Positions 50,011-63,875 of a DNA stretch of 64,000 bases are shown here, piece after piece. Position numbers and translations under genes: made by a program. The stretch spans positions 120,220,001 through 120,284,000 of the forward strand of contig CM059431.1 of assembly GCA_030390025.1 (NCBI GenBank), written 5' to 3'. Under the pieces are notes generated by a model. That model saw nothing but the letters and a program-made list of their open reading frames with translations, had not been told where the DNA came from and searched no databases. Source of the stretch: Squalus acanthias (Eukaryota). The first letter of the stretch is position 1; every line of letters begins with the position of its first letter.

Positions 50011-50813
50011 AGTTACAGGGGATCGCTAACAAGGAAAGGGAATACACATTAAATGGTAGGACACTGAGTAGTGTAGAGGAACAAAGGGACCTTGGATTGC
50101 ATGTCCACAAATCCCTGAAGGTAGCAGGCCAGGTAGATAAGGTGGTTAAGAAGGCATACGGAATGCTTGCCTTTATTAGCCGTGGCATAGAATACAAGAG
50201 TAAGGGGGTTAAGTTTCAACTGTATAAAACACTAGTTAGGCCTCAGCTAGAGTACTGCGTGTAGTTCTGGTCACCACATTACAGGAAAGATGTGATTGCA
50301 CTAGAGAGGGTACAGAGGAGATTTACAAGGATGTTGTCGGGAGTAGAGAATCTTAGCTATGAGGAAAGACTGGATAGGCTGGGTTTGTTTTCCTTGGAAC
50401 AGAGGAGGCTGAGGGGAGACCTTATTGAGGTGTATAAAATTATGAAGGGCCTAGATAAAGTGGATAGAAAGGACCTATTTCCCTTAGCAGAGAGGTCAAA
50501 ATCCAAGGAGCACAGATTTAAAGTAATTGCTGGAAGGTTTAGAGGGGATTTGAGAGGAAATTTCTTCACCCAGAGGGTTGTGGGGGTCTGGAACTCACTG
50601 CCTGAAAGGGTGGTAGAGGCAGAAACCCTCATCACATTTAAAAAGTACTTGGATGTACACTTGGGATGCTCTAACCTGCAGGGCTACGGACCAAGAGTTG
50701 GGAAGCGGGATTAGGCTGGATAGCTCTTCGTTGGCCGGCGTGGACACGATGGGCCGAAATGGCCTCCTTCCATGCTGTAACTTTCTATGATGCTATGATT
50801 CTGTGATTCTATG
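50010..50813 (+). mobile_element. CR1 LINE 3' fragment
   Basis: LERVQRRFTRML..LEQRRLRGDLIEVYKIMKG, with a short-repeat (ctatgat-type) tail. Confidence 0.9.
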
Positions 50814-51992
50814 AGCCATTGCCCCTCAGCCCCACACTAGAAAATGGGCAGAGCTGAGAGTGCCAGAAAAAATATTCAAATTACCTGGATGAAATCAGCT
50901 CATTCCTGCGCAAGTACAAGCAGTGTCTGGCCAGCGCTGGCAATGCACTATTGGCCCCCTTAATTGTGAGGGATAAAATGCACGCTAAATGCAATATGCC
51001 AACATGGGATACAAAGAATAGTACATTGATGGAGGAGTGAATACATTTCAAAGGACAGTTCATACTTGGCAAGGTTTGATCAGCACATTTCAGTTTCTAG
51101 GAGGAGTTGGTGCACAAAGAAGCCAGGCTGGACTGAAAGGGTAGACTATGTAACACTGAACCAGGTGATGCAGCTTTGTGTCACAGACTGCAGTCTGTGC
51201 CCTTAAAGACACAAAGCTGTGTAACCCGATCAGGGTTGGAGCTTTCATTAGGTAATACAGTCTTTCTGAAATTTCACCTAGGCATAAAAAAACCTCCATG
51301 GTACTTTGACAGCACTGAAGCATTGACAGAAGAGTACTTGCCTCCAAGCAGATGGCAGTAAGTTTAAATCAAAGGCTTCCTGTCATTTGAGGCCATCTGC
51401 TATTTATTGCTGGGAGGGACTTTAGCCAGTTGTTGTCCAGGTCATGGAGTGGATTCCATGCCACGGCAGAACTCTTCATCTTGGGGAAGAAGAAATTGGC
51501 ACCATTATCTTGGCCCACAACAAATGCAGCTCCCATTAACTGTTTGCAGTCTGTTGCTGATAGCACTGATGGAGAAGATCTGGGCCAGGCCCAACTGCCT
51601 TCTAGCTGATGGAGCCTGGATTGCCCGTGCTGAAAACAGAGAACAACATGAAGTTAATAAATAAGCTGCACGAGTTAATTATACTCATTTGAGAAATGTC
51701 AGCAAATTTATCAGCTTTCTTTGTTTTACCAAACATATACCTTTTAGTCTTTTGAATGCTGAATGACTTTTCAACTTTCAAATCTATTGTTGGAGACTCC
51801 AAATATTATTTAAAAATTGGGGTTTTTCCTGTACCTCCTGTCCCGCTTGCCTGACTGTTTTCATATTGCATTAGGGGAGGGGAAGGTGCTATTTGGAGTC
51901 GATCACCCAGATGACATACATCAAAGGCTTAGGTAATAGATTTTTCATGGACCTGCTTTAATTTTAGACTCATTGGCTGAAATTTTCTCAAG

Positions 51993-52183
51993 GGAGGCGG
52001 GTTGGGGGCAGAGGGCCTCCGAGGCAGGTTGGGGGCGGGGGGCCTCCGAGGCAGGTTGGGGGGCGGGGGAGTCGGGTTGGGGGCGGGGGGCCTCCGAGTC
52101 GGGTTGGGGGCGGGGGGCCTCCGAGGCAGGTTGGGGGCGGGGAGCCTCCGAGGCAGGTTGGGGACGGGGGGCCTCCGAGGCGG
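51993..52183. repeat. G-rich ~27-bp minisatellite
   Basis: About 7 units of gaggcaggttgggggcggggggcctcc. Confidence 0.85.
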
Positions 52184-53576
52184 GCGGGAAACCTGGAAGG
52201 CCGGGTTTCCCGCAGGCCCTGCTGAATTTAATGGCAGGGCCTGATTTGAATGTAAGGCCTCGGTCTCATTTCAATCCCGCCGGCTGGCTTCCCACCCATT
52301 CGGTATGTTGGCAGGAAGCTTTGGAAAATTGAGCTGTGAGCCTGAGTTCAAAGTGTTGTAACAAGCCCAAATTGTAACATTTATCAAAATGAAAGTTGCC
52401 AGTGTGTGGAACATCTTTCTGCTTTTTCAATCCAGGGTCAGGATTGAGCCCTTCCCACTAAATATTTTAAAAGTTAGATTGTGGGTAAAGTTCCTTTTAC
52501 TCTATCCCAACAGTATGCCTTAACACAGCTTCAGTAACATGCCTGAATTTTAATATATTCATTTTACACATAGGCCATCTTTGTGGTCTCTCTGACGTGG
52601 AATGTTAATTGATTGTCAATCTCTGCAGTTATAATCATTTTTGTGCTATGGGGTTGCACCCATTAGAAACTGGGCCGAGACTATCCAAATTCATTCTTGT
52701 ACGCCACACAAACACAAACACAGAGGCGCAGAAAGGCACAGCTGTACTGGCACTTTTGCATCGCTGGAAAGCACTTTACTCTTCAGAGCAATGTAAAAGT
52801 TTCAGTATCACTCCAGAGTTGGGTGGGAAGCTTCATGAGAAGGCCATCTCAAATTGCTTGGCATTGACACGACAAGGAATACAACTGAAGTGTGACATTA
52901 AATTGGGTTTAATGGATCTGATGAGTATTTTATGTAGTGATGCCAAGACTTTTTAAATGTTTTCAAAAAAGGAAAGAATCTTGCCTGTTTTTCTACAATA
53001 TTTAGGACTTGATTTACTGCCCATTCATAGTCACTAGGTGGAACATTTAGCCCTTAAAATTTAGTGGCTTGATGCTTGTTACAAATATGAAGCTGATTTG
53101 TCTTGTTTTGGTTTAATATTTGTTCTATTAAATCAGCAACTACTTGCAATAATATAAAGCCTTTACTGTAGAAACATATCCCAATGTGCGTTACAAAGGC
53201 ATAATTAAAAGAAAAGATACAAGAACTGAGATTTTAAAAAACCTCAACTTATTTTGTTACATATATTGCAAAGTTTGTTGTTATAGTCTCCCCCGGTAAT
53301 AGGCTTGAGAGATATTTTCTGTGATTGGGTCAATTATGAATATGACAACTTGTTATCTTTGAATGAGGCTGTTAATTATGAATTTATATTGAGCCTTGGC
53401 AACAGATCAAGAGCAATAAAAAGAATGAATGGACAACAGTGCTCTGAGTGCAGTGTGACTGAAACACAATGAGATCTTCATAGAGAAACAGGCAGAGTTT
53501 AGCCAGTGTCCACAGCTTGTAAGGAGACAGGAAGGAGGTGAGCTGAGACTATAATGGGGCAGATTTTTCTCTTAAT

Positions 53577-54307
53577 GGCCCAGAAATTTGACTCGGAGGC
53601 TTGCCGCGGGGGTAAGGATCGCGCGCGATATCACACACCGCGCCGGCCATTGTGTTTTGGGCCCACAGGAACTTCTGGTCCTGGGCCTCTCCCTGGTGCC
53701 GGCGCGCAGTGTGTGCGTGTCCCAGGGGCGCAGTTAGTGCGATGCGACCTCTGGGATCATGTGGGCCATGGACAGCCAATGGCAGCAGACTATCTTTCAT
53801 TCATAGATTTGACAGGAGACCTGTCAAATCTGTGAATTGAAAGAGACCCCAAAAGAACAGCTAAACCTCAAATAAATTTAAAAAAAAACCATTACATTAA
53901 AAAAATAACTATAGTTAAATAAATTAATCACTTTAAACAAAAATTTTAATTTTTGAAAAAATTAAAAAAAATTTTTAAAGTTATAAAAATAAACTTACCT
54001 TTCTTTAAAGTCTCTAAAAAAGATAAACCTGTTGAAAAAAAATAAAAATTATACTTAATTAACTACTTACCTTGTTCAAAAGGGGTCTTACGCCTCCTTT
54101 TTACATGTGTAAAATCTTCCATACTTACCCTCGTGTTGAAACCTGAAAAAAAACCTAAGTGTGCTGCATGCGCACAGCCTGTAGTGCGCACGCGGTTCAC
54201 CTAGGAACCGCCCCCTTCGCAGTGCATGCAGGAAACCGGCACTTCGGGATCAAATACGGGTGAGTACACAGTGCATACTCTCCCGTATTCGGCCGAATTT
54301 TTGGGCC
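53577..54307. mobile_element. Non-autonomous Harbinger-like MITE (copy B)
   Basis: TIRs ggcccagaaatt / aatttttgggcc. Colinear with 2192-2956. Confidence 0.8.
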
Positions 54308-54829
54308 ATAGTGTTTGGGCATAAACGATGACTTGGGTGCAGTGCATAGAGATATTGGGCTAAAGGTTCGGGGGTTAAGAGCCACCCGTTACCGCCAGGT
54401 TGGTGGAAAAAATTGCTGCTGGGAGATCCTGCGGTGGCCGCCATTTTCAACTGGGCGGCAGCACTGCTGATGTCTGCGCTCGCGAAAATTATGTAGATTA
54501 TGCAGAGCATGATGTCAGTGAGTGTGCGACGCTCACTTGACACCCGATCTGCCATTTTCAACTTTACTGCACTTGCCGGCATGTCTTAAGTGCGACCAGC
54601 TGAGCAAGCATTGACAAGCAGGAAGGAGACCCCAGCAGCGGTATTTAAAGGGATCATCAGCAACTACTAACAACTGACATGTTTGTTCAGTTTGAATGGC
54701 TTGTGCGACTTTCTGGAACTCCAGCAGCTTTATAAACTTGTTTCAAGGTTCTAAGGTAAAAGTTGGGGTAATTGGAGAATGCCTTCATTCTTATTTAAAG
54801 GCTTCTGCTCACAGCACTTGCTCACAGTC

Positions 54830-56720
54830 ATGGGGACTCTACTTGTAGTTCCCCTCGCTCTCGAGTATCTTCAGGAGAGGGAGCGGAGGCAGCAAAGAAG
54901 AGGAGAAGATGCGTGCAGAGGGAGGAGGAGGAGGAGGGCTAGGAGAGCTCTCAACAGGAGGCCTTACCCACCTAGGGTCTTCAGAGAGCACTTTTCTTAT
55001 AGCCACTTAAGCGAGGAGCATAGGAACTTAGCAACATAGGAACAGGAGTAGGCCATTTAGCCCCTCGAGCCTGTTCTGCCATTCAATGAGATCATGGCTG
55101 ATCTGCAACCTAACACCATATACCTGCCTTTGGCCCATATCCCTTGATACCTTTGGTTAACAAAATCTATCAATCTCAGATTTAAAATTAACAATTGATC
55201 TAGCATCAATTACCGTTTGCGGAAATGATTTCCAAACTTCTACCACCCTTTCTGTGTAGAAGTGTTTCCTAGTTTCACTCTTGAAAGGCCTGTCTCTAAT
55301 TTTTTACACTATGCCCCCTAGTCCTAGACTTCCCAACGAGCGGAAACAGTTTCTCTCTAACCATCCAATCTGTTCCCCTTAAAATCTTGAAAACTTCGAT
55401 CAAATCACCCCTTAATCTTCTAAATTCCAGGGAATACAACCCTTATTTGTGTAATCTCTGCTTGTAATTTAACCCTTGGAGTCCGAGTATCATTCTGGTA
55501 AACCGACGCTGCACTCCCTCCAATGCCAAAATATCCTTCCTAAGGTGTGATGCCCAGAACTGCTCACAGTACTCCAGGTGTGGTCTAACCAGGGCTTTGT
55601 ATAGCTGCAGCATAACTTCTACCCCCTTGTATACTAGTCCTCAAGATATAAAGGCCAGCATTCCATTAGCCTTTTTGATTATTTTCTGCACCTGTTCATG
55701 ACATTTTCATGACCTATGTACCTAGACCCCCAAGTCTCTTTGGACCTCCACTGTTTTTAGCTTTTCACCATTTAGAAATTACCCCAGTCTATCCTTCAGC
55801 ACTGTATTAAATGGTGGTCTCAGAACTCTGCCACCTCCTGCAGCCTGAGTGCAGGGTGCCCACGGGTATTCCAGTGTCAGTCATCTCTTTGTGGCCCTCA
55901 ATTTCTATGCCAGCAGATCCTTCCAGTCTGCAGCAGGAGACATAGCCAACATCTGACAGTTTGCCATCCATCGCTGCATCCGGGAGGTCACAGAGGTTCT
56001 CTACACCAGCAAAAGGGATTACGTTTTCATCTCTCTGAGCAGAGAGAAGCAGGACGAGCATGCATGTGGCTTTGCCAGTATAGCGGGCTTCCCCATAGTG
56101 CAGGGCGCCATCGACTGCACACACGTGGCTTTGCAGACACTGCATAATAATCCTGAGATCTTCCGTAACTGCAAAGGCTTCCACTCACATAATGTGCAGT
56201 GGTTGTGCGACCATGCCCAGCGATTCCTGATGGTCAATGCCCTCTATCCTGGCAGCAGTCATCCTGCGTCAGTCCGGTGTGCCAACAATTTTCCAGCCAC
56301 CACATCAAACTCAAGGGTGGCTGCACGGAGACAAGGGCTATTCACTCTCCACCTGACTCCCCTCCGCAACCTCACCACTCGTGCGCAGCACTCATATAAT
56401 GAGAGCCGTGCCTCCACCAGGAACATCATCGAGCAGACTATAGGGCTACTGAAGCAACGGTTCTGCTGCCTTGACCGTTCGGGAGGAGCCCTCCAGTACT
56501 CGGTGGAGCGGGTGTCCCATTTCGTCGTGATCTGCTGCATGCTTCACAACGTGGCCATCATGAGGGCACAGCCCTTGCCAACAGGGATGGCGGGACCACC
56601 TCAGGAATGAGGATGAGGGAGAGGAGGAGGAGGAGGAGGAATGGAGCAGGCAGGCAGCCAATCCGCCTTCCGGACGGGCTGTCCGTGAAAGCCTCATCAG
56701 ACTCCGATTCCAATGACTGA
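54830..56720 (+). pseudogene. Harbinger DDE transposase interrupted by CR1
   Basis: MGTLLVVP..RRPYPPRVFREHFSY, then QGAIDCTHVAL..NCKGFHSHNVQ..YNESRASTRNIIEQTIGLLKQRFCCLD..CCMLHN. Confidence 0.88.
55018..55797 (-). mobile_element. CR1 LINE 3' fragment
   Basis: Same antisense CR1 tail and body as 62-830. Confidence 0.85.
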
Positions 56721-57180
56721 TACCCCAAATCCCCGTTGCTGCCCATCATACCATCCCTCTGTCACGGAATATCACAGTGTCCTCCTGGGCACTAAGCTGA
56801 AATGAGAGCCATCACAAAAGATTCCAAACAAAATTATTCAATTTATCAACAATCAATTTACACATACAATATGAACTAATCACCCTTGTGCAATCCCTTA
56901 GTGCCTGTCGTTCAGGTGACCTTTCCTGATCTAGTGCCCCTACGAAGTGTTGGCCCAGTGGCTGCAGCAGGGCTGGTGGAAGACTGATGAGTGTCCATGT
57001 GGGACACTTCAGATGGCCTTGCAGGATGACCTCGAGCAGCTCTGGATCTAGAAGGCCTGGCTTTAGACTGCACCACCTTGGCATGGGCAGCAGCAGTCTG
57101 AGCTGGCTGGCTGACAGGCAGTGGCAAGGGCAATGGCGGAGTGGCAGTGGTGGGAGCAGGAATGCTGTCATCCTGAGAGA

Positions 57181-57267
57181 GAAATGAGAAGTCGCACAAC
57201 ACCAGGTTATAGTCCAACAGTTTTATTTGAAATTACGAGCTTTCGGAGCTCTGCTCCTTCTTCAGGT
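57181..57267. mobile_element. Short Penelope-like terminal fragment
   Basis: cacaacaccaggttatagtccaacag..gagctttcggagc..ctccttcttcaggt interrupts the Harbinger exon. Family assignment is from recall. Confidence 0.45.
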
Positions 57268-58689
57268 ACAGTGAGGGCAGGACAGCAGGTTCCTGCTCCA
57301 CTGACCCACTGCCACCCAGGACGGCGCCTCAGCATTCCCAGCAATCTGTTGGAGCACAGATTGCTGGGCTGCTGCGACACCCTGCAAGCCCGGGCCGACA
57401 GTGGTAAATGCAGCCACAATGGCAGCAGTCTGATCTTGGGTGGCAGCAAGCTGAGATTGCATGAGAACAGCCTGATCTTGCGTGGCAGCACTAAGACGTT
57501 GGGTCGCTTCCGCCTTTGTCGCAATGGCAGTTGCGACATCGCCCAACACACACAGCATCATGTCTGGGTCGACACGGTCTCGTCAGGAGTTTTCCATCAT
57601 TTCCAGCCTGGAACTCCTGGGCTCCAAGCTCTGCGCAAAACCCCGAGCAATGTTGGAGGCGGACTCCCCCATGCACCTTGACATTGCCAAGAGTCTCTCT
57701 GGCAGGCTTGCCATTGCACCTAGCAATTCGGTATGCATGCCCATCACCCTTCTTTTGAAGGCCGGCCCATCGAGATCCTCATTTAAGTCCTGTGCAGCAG
57801 AACTTGTGCGCGAACTCATCCTCTGGGGAGCTGGCCCCCCGAGCTACCCTTTCCCCTGGCCTTGCTGCAGCCCACTCATGCCCGGGGCCTCATCCTGTGC
57901 AAATTAGGGCGAACATTGCGCACGACCTGCCATTTTCAACATCGTCACTCCATTCAACGCCCCCTCCTAAACACGCACATCTGGACGTGTGTTCAGCTGC
58001 ACGAGGGACCCCCCACCAGCGCTACTTAAAGGGGTATATCCAACTTGCAGGTAAGTTAATTATTGCTTTTGTTCTGGCTCTTGCAGAGTTTGTAGGAGTA
58101 CTGGGTTGCTGGAAGATATTTAAAAAGTTGTTAAAGTGTGCAGGGAGTGCTTCTGAACTTTGGGAAGGTGTTGGCCGCTACTGGAAGGCCTCTGCATACG
58201 CCACTTGCTCCCAGTCATGGGGGCTCTAGTTGCAGGCCCGCTTCTGCAGCAGCATGACAGGGAGATGGAGCAGAGGCAGCATAGAAGACAAGTTGCTCAC
58301 AGAGGGAGGAGGAGGAAGGGATGGAGGGGGAGGAGGACTCTCAGCAGGAGGCCTTACCCACCTAGGATCTTCAGGGAGCACTTCTCCTACCTGCACCTAA
58401 GCCAGAAGCAGTGTATTTGGTGGCTTCGCTTCACCAAGGAGGTGGTCACAGAACTCTGCCACCTCTTGGAACCACACCTGCAGCCTCAGTGCAGGGCGAC
58501 GACAGCGCTGCCAGTGGCCCTCAAGGTGACCTTGGCCCTGATTTTTTTCCTCTTGGCCACAATGCTGAAATGAAAGCCACCACAAATCAAATATGCCAAA
58601 CCACATTTATAAATCATTCAATCCAATATTACACATCAAAGTCAACCAAGCAGCCTTGTGCATTCCCTTAGTGCCTGTCTTCTGAGCGC

Positions 58690-60566
58690 CTTTGCATGTC
58701 CTAGTGCTCCTACGAAGTGCTACCCCAGTGGCTGCAGCATGGAGGGTGGAAGGCTGCTAACTTTCAGTGGGGGAGATTGCAGATGGCCTTGTAGGATGAC
58801 CTTAAGCAGCTCTGGGCCTAGAAGGCCCGGCTGTAGACTGCACCACCTTGGCATGGGTGGCAGCAGTCTGGGCTAGCTGACTGACAGGCAAAACAGCAAG
58901 GGCACTGGCAGAGTGGCAGTGGTGGAAATACGAATGCTGTCATTCTGAGAGAGGACAGCAGGTTTGTGCTTCATTCGGAGCCACTGCCACTCCCCTGGGG
59001 CGGTGCCTCAGCAATCCTAGTAATCTGTTGGAGGACAGATTGTTGGACTCTTGTGACACCCTGCAAGCCCCTTTCCACACTGGTAAATGCAGCCAAGCTG
59101 GCAGTAGTTTGAGCTTGCGTGGCAGCAAGCTGAGCTTTCATAACAGCAGTCTGAGCTTCCACTGAAGCACTCAGATGTTGGGTCACTTCTGCTAGTGCTG
59201 CAGTGGAAGCTGAGACATCGTCCATCAGACCCTGCATCATGGTTGGATCCACAAGTGCTCTAATGGAGCATCCTGGAAATCATGGGCTCCAAGCTCTGCG
59301 GAAAGCCCTGTGCAAGGTTGAAGCTGGACTCTTCCATGCTCCTTGACAGTGACAATAGGTTCTCTGGCAGGCCTGCCAATGCACCAAGCATTTCTGTGTG
59401 CATGCCCATCACCCTTCTTCTGAAGACTGCCCCACTGAAGTCCTTATTTGAGTCCTCTGCAGCAGAACTCGTGTGCTACCTCGCCCTCCGGAACCTGGCA
59501 CCTATGCTACCCGTTCTCCTTGCCCTGGCTGCAGGTCACTCCTGCCCGGTGACTCACCACGTGCAGATCCCGCCTCGATACAACCCTCTAAATTACGCGC
59601 AGTGCCAGTTTCTGAGCTGGTGCCTGCGAGTGTGAGGTTGAGTGACGGTGTTTCTTCTTCTCTAGCACTCTCCTTTAGCTATTCCTGCACTGGCTGGGAA
59701 GCTTGGAGTTCTTGGGTATCTGAAAGGAGAAAGGCACAAGAGTAGGGTTGTGGTGAGGGGGGGGGAGGTGAAAGCAAGATGTGCCCGCTTACACCATCAG
59801 CACCTTGTAAGTGAGAAGAGATTGTGGGATGAGGGGAAAGTGGGATGTGAGAAGGAGGATTACGTATGAGCCGACCGTCATTTTCAACTGTTTCAGCCTC
59901 GCGGATCGTCACGGCCTCAGTGACGGCCCATCCAATAATGTCAAGTACGGTCTCTTCCATCTGGATAAGGTTATGCAGGCATGCCTGAGCCACTTCGGGT
60001 AGCCCCTGCTGACTCCTGTTACGTGCCACCTTGCCCTGCAGGAGAAAGCGAAGTGTGTCAGTGAGTGTGGTGCAATGTGTTTCGGTTATGTACTTGACAT
60101 AGTTGAATAGCTGGAAGTGTGTGCAAGATGTGAGATGTGGGTGTGAGGCTTGCAGCAGTGGTAAGTGTGTGAGGGTGCGGTGAAACTATGAATGTGAGGT
60201 ATGAGTCGTAATTAATAGAGATTGTTTGCAGGTGAGTGATGGTGGTGTGGTGCATTGAGCAGTCTGTGAGGCTAATGGTGCAGATGGTGGGAGACGGCTT
60301 TTGAAGATGCACTCACTGTCCTTGACCACTTGTGTGAGGTCATTAAACTTCTTTCGGCACTGTGTCCAGTTCCTCTGGGCAAGACTCCTGGCAGTAACCG
60401 CTTCATCTATCTGCTCCCACTGCCTTCTGACTGTGCGGCTGGAGGGCCTCCTGGCCCCCTGCGGGTAGAGGACCTGTCTGTTCCATTCTACCACCTGCAC
60501 TAAGACCCCCAGTACTGTGTCGGAGATCCTAGGTGCCCTTTCTCTGCCCTGCTGAGCCATAACCAC
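58690..60566 (-). pseudogene. Harbinger Myb/SANT-like gene, three putative exons
   Basis: RERAPRISDTVLGVLVQVVEWNRQVLYP..WEQIDEAVTARSLAQRNWTQCRKKFNDL. Further exons at ~59870-60038 and ~58690-59720. Confidence 0.8.
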
Positions 60567-60775
60567 CGGAGAGTTGCTTTGACAACCAGTTCAATGAGGT
60601 GCTGAATGCAGAATGCACCTCCCCTTTCAGAGGTGCAGACTGCGTTTCAAAGTGGAGACTAGCTTTAAAAAGAGCTAGCCTTGCACGAACCTAGGCCCCC
60701 TACTGAGCGCTCAGCCACTCAGCAACGCTTTCAGCACTGGGCTGCACACATCAATAATGTTAGTTAATTGCAGGA

Positions 60776-63700
60776 ACGGTAGCGTACTGGTGATGTCACT
60801 GGGCTAGTAATCCAAAGGCCTGGACTAATGATCCAGAGACGTGAGTTCAAATCCCACCACGGCAACTGGGGAATTTAAATTCAGTTAATTAAATAAAAAT
60901 GGAATAATTACTATTATTAGTAATGGTAACCATGAAACTGTCATAAAATCCCATCAGGTACACTAATGTGCTTTAGGGCAGGAAATCTGCCGTCCTTACC
61001 TCTGTGACTCCAGACCCACAGCAATGTGGTTGACTCTTAACTGCCCTCTGAAATGGCCTACAAGTCACTCAGTTGTAACTAACCGCTGCGAAACATAATA
61101 AGAATGAAACCGGACAAACCACCCGGCATCGACCTCAGCACCGGCTACGGACATGGCAACGGCACACCCAGCCCAGTCGACCCTTCAAAGTCCTCCTCAC
61201 CAACAGCCTGACATAGTCATACTCACAGAATCATACCTTTCAGCCAATGTCCCAAACTCCTCCATCACCATCCCTGGGTATGTCCTGTCCCACCAGCAGG
61301 ACAGACCCACCAGGGTGGGCAGCACAGTGGTATACAGTCGGGAAGGAGTAGCCCTGGAAGTCCTCAACATTGACTCTGGACCGCATGAAGTCTCATGGCT
61401 TCAGGTCAAGCATGGGCAAGGAAACCTCCTGCTGATTACTACCGACCGCCCTCCCTCAGCTGATGAATCAGTACTCCTCCACATTGAACACCACTTGGAA
61501 GAAGCACTGAGAGTAGCAAGGGCATGGAATGTACTCTGGGTGGGAGACTGCAATGTCCATCACCAAGAGTGGCTTGGTAGCACCACTACTGACCGAGCTG
61601 GCCAAGTCCTGAAGGACATAGCTAGTCTGGGCCTGCGACAGGTGGTGAAAGAACCAGCACGAGGGAAAAACATACTTGACCTCGTCCTCACCAATCTACC
61701 TGTCGCAGATGCATCTGTCCATGACAGTATTGGTAGCAGTGACCACCACACAGTCATTGTGGAGACGAAGTCCCGTCTTCACACTGAGGACACCCTTCAT
61801 CGTGTTGTGTGCCACTACCACCGTGCTCAATGGGATAGATTCAGAACAGATTTAGCAGCTCAAAACTGGGCATCCATGTGGGGCAGTAGCAGAATTGTAT
61901 TCCACCACAATCTGTAAACCTCATGGCCCGGCATATCCCTCACTCTACCATTACCACCAACCCTGGTTCAATAAGGAGTGTAGAAGAGCATGCCGGGAGC
62001 AGCACCAGGCGAACCTAAAAATTAGGTGTCAACCTGGGGAAGCTGCAACACAGGACTGCATGCATGCTAAAAAGCAGAAGCAGCATGCCATAGACAGGTC
62101 TAAGCGATCCCACAATCAACACATCAGATCAAAGCTCTGCAGACCTGCCACATCCAGTCATGAATGGTGATGGACCATTAAACAACTAGCGGGGGGGGGG
62201 GGAGAGGAGGAGGCTCCATGAATATTCCCATCCTCAATGATGGTGGAGCCCAGCACGTGAGTGCAAAAGACAAGGCTGAAGCATTTGCAACCAGAAGTGC
62301 CAAGTGGATGATCCATATCGGCCTACTCCTGAGGTCCCCACTATCACATAAGCCAGTCTTCAGCCAATTCGATTCACTCCACGTGATATCAAGAAATGGC
62401 TGAGCGCACTGGATACAGCAAAGGCTATGGGCCCCGACCACATCCCGGCTATCGTGCTGAAGACTTGTGCTCCAGAACTAGCCACACATCTAGCCAAGCT
62501 GTTCCAGTGCAGCTACAACACTGGCATCTATCCGACAATGTGGAAAACGGCCCAGGTATGTCCTGTCCACAAAAAGCAGGACAATGATCGCCCCATTAGT
62601 CTACTCTCAATCATCATCAAAGTGATGGAAGGTGTCATCGACGGCGCTATCAAGTGGCACTTACTCACCAATAACCTGCTCACTGATGCCCAGTTTGGGA
62701 TCCCCCAAGACCACTCGGCTCCCGACCTCATTACAGCCTTGGTCCAAACATGAACAAAGGAGCTAAATTCCAGACGTGAGGTGAGAGTGACTGCCCTTGA
62801 CATCAAGGCAGCATTTGACCAAGTGTGACATCAAGGAGCCCTAGTAAAACTGGATTCAGGGGGAAAACGCTCCGCTGGCTGGAGTCATACCTAGCACAAA
62901 GGAAGATGGTTGTGGTGATTGAAGGTCAATCATCACAGCCCCAGGACATCGCTGCAGGAGTTCCACAAGGCAGTGTCCTAGTCCCAACCATCTTCAGCTG
63001 CTTCATCAATTACCTTCCATTCGCAACTCCTCAGATGATGAAGCAGTCCATGCCCGCATGCAACAAGACCTGGATGACGTTCAGGCTTGAGCTGATAAGT
63101 GGCAGGTAACATTCGCGCCACAGAAGTGCCAGGCAATGACTATTTCCAAAAAGCGAGAGTCTAACCACCTCCCCATGACATTCAACGGCATTACCATCGC
63201 CGAATCCCCCACCATCAACATCCTGGGGGTCACCATTGACCAGAAACTTAACTGGACCAGCCACATCAATACTGTGGCAACAAGAGCAGGTCAGAGGCTA
63301 GGTATTCTGTGGCTAGTGTCTCACCTCCTGACTCCCCAAAGCCTTTCCACCATCTACAAGGCACTAGTAAGGAGTGTGATGGAATACTCTCCACTTGCCT
63401 GGATGAGTGCAGCTGCAACAACACTCAAGAAGCTCGACACCATCCAGAACAAAGCAGCCCGCTTGATTGGCACCCCATCCACCACCTTAAACATTCACTC
63501 CCTCCACCACTGACACACCGTGGCTGCAGTGTACCCTCGACAAGATGCACTGCAGCAACTCGCCAATGCTTCTTCGGCAGCACCTCTTCCACCTTGAAGG
63601 ACAAGGGCAGCAGGCGCATGGGAACACCACCACCTCCAAGTTCCCCTCCAAGTCACACACCATCCTGACTTAGAAGTATATCGCTGATCCTTCATTGTCA

Positions 63701-63875
63701 CTGGGTCAAAATCCTGGAACTCCCTACCTAACAGCACTGTAGGAGTACCTTCACCACACGGACTGCAGCGGTTCAAGAACACGGCTCACCACCACCTTCT
63801 CAAGGGCAACTAGGGATGGGCAATAAATGCTGGCCTTGCCAGCGACACCCAGATCCCATGAACAAATTAAAAAAA
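60776..63875 (+). mobile_element. Near-full-length CR1-group (Crack/L2-like) LINE, decayed, tRNA-like 5' head, no evident ORF1
   Basis: APE endonuclease (PDIVILTES..VGDCNVH..NILDLVLTN..SDH) at 61153-61917. RT ([21 protein letters not shown]) at 62400-63510. 3' UTR and A tail. Exact clade is uncertain. Confidence 0.85.

Larger units (their letters stand above)
54357..57900. mobile_element. Harbinger transposon remnant (transposase +, Myb-gene 3' exon -); ends approximate
   Basis: Transposase 54830-~56720 and convergent accessory-gene C-terminus ~56900-57900. Confidence 0.8.

Noticed and set aside
50820..51660. Possible host exons (also 45494-45670 and 47166-47460)
   Set aside because: There are stops in the plausible frames, no convincing splice pair, and no recognisable protein.
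51973..52332. 119-aa GWGRGASEA repeat protein or CRISPR-like array
   Set aside because: It is a translation of a minisatellite with no unique spacers, in a vertebrate context.
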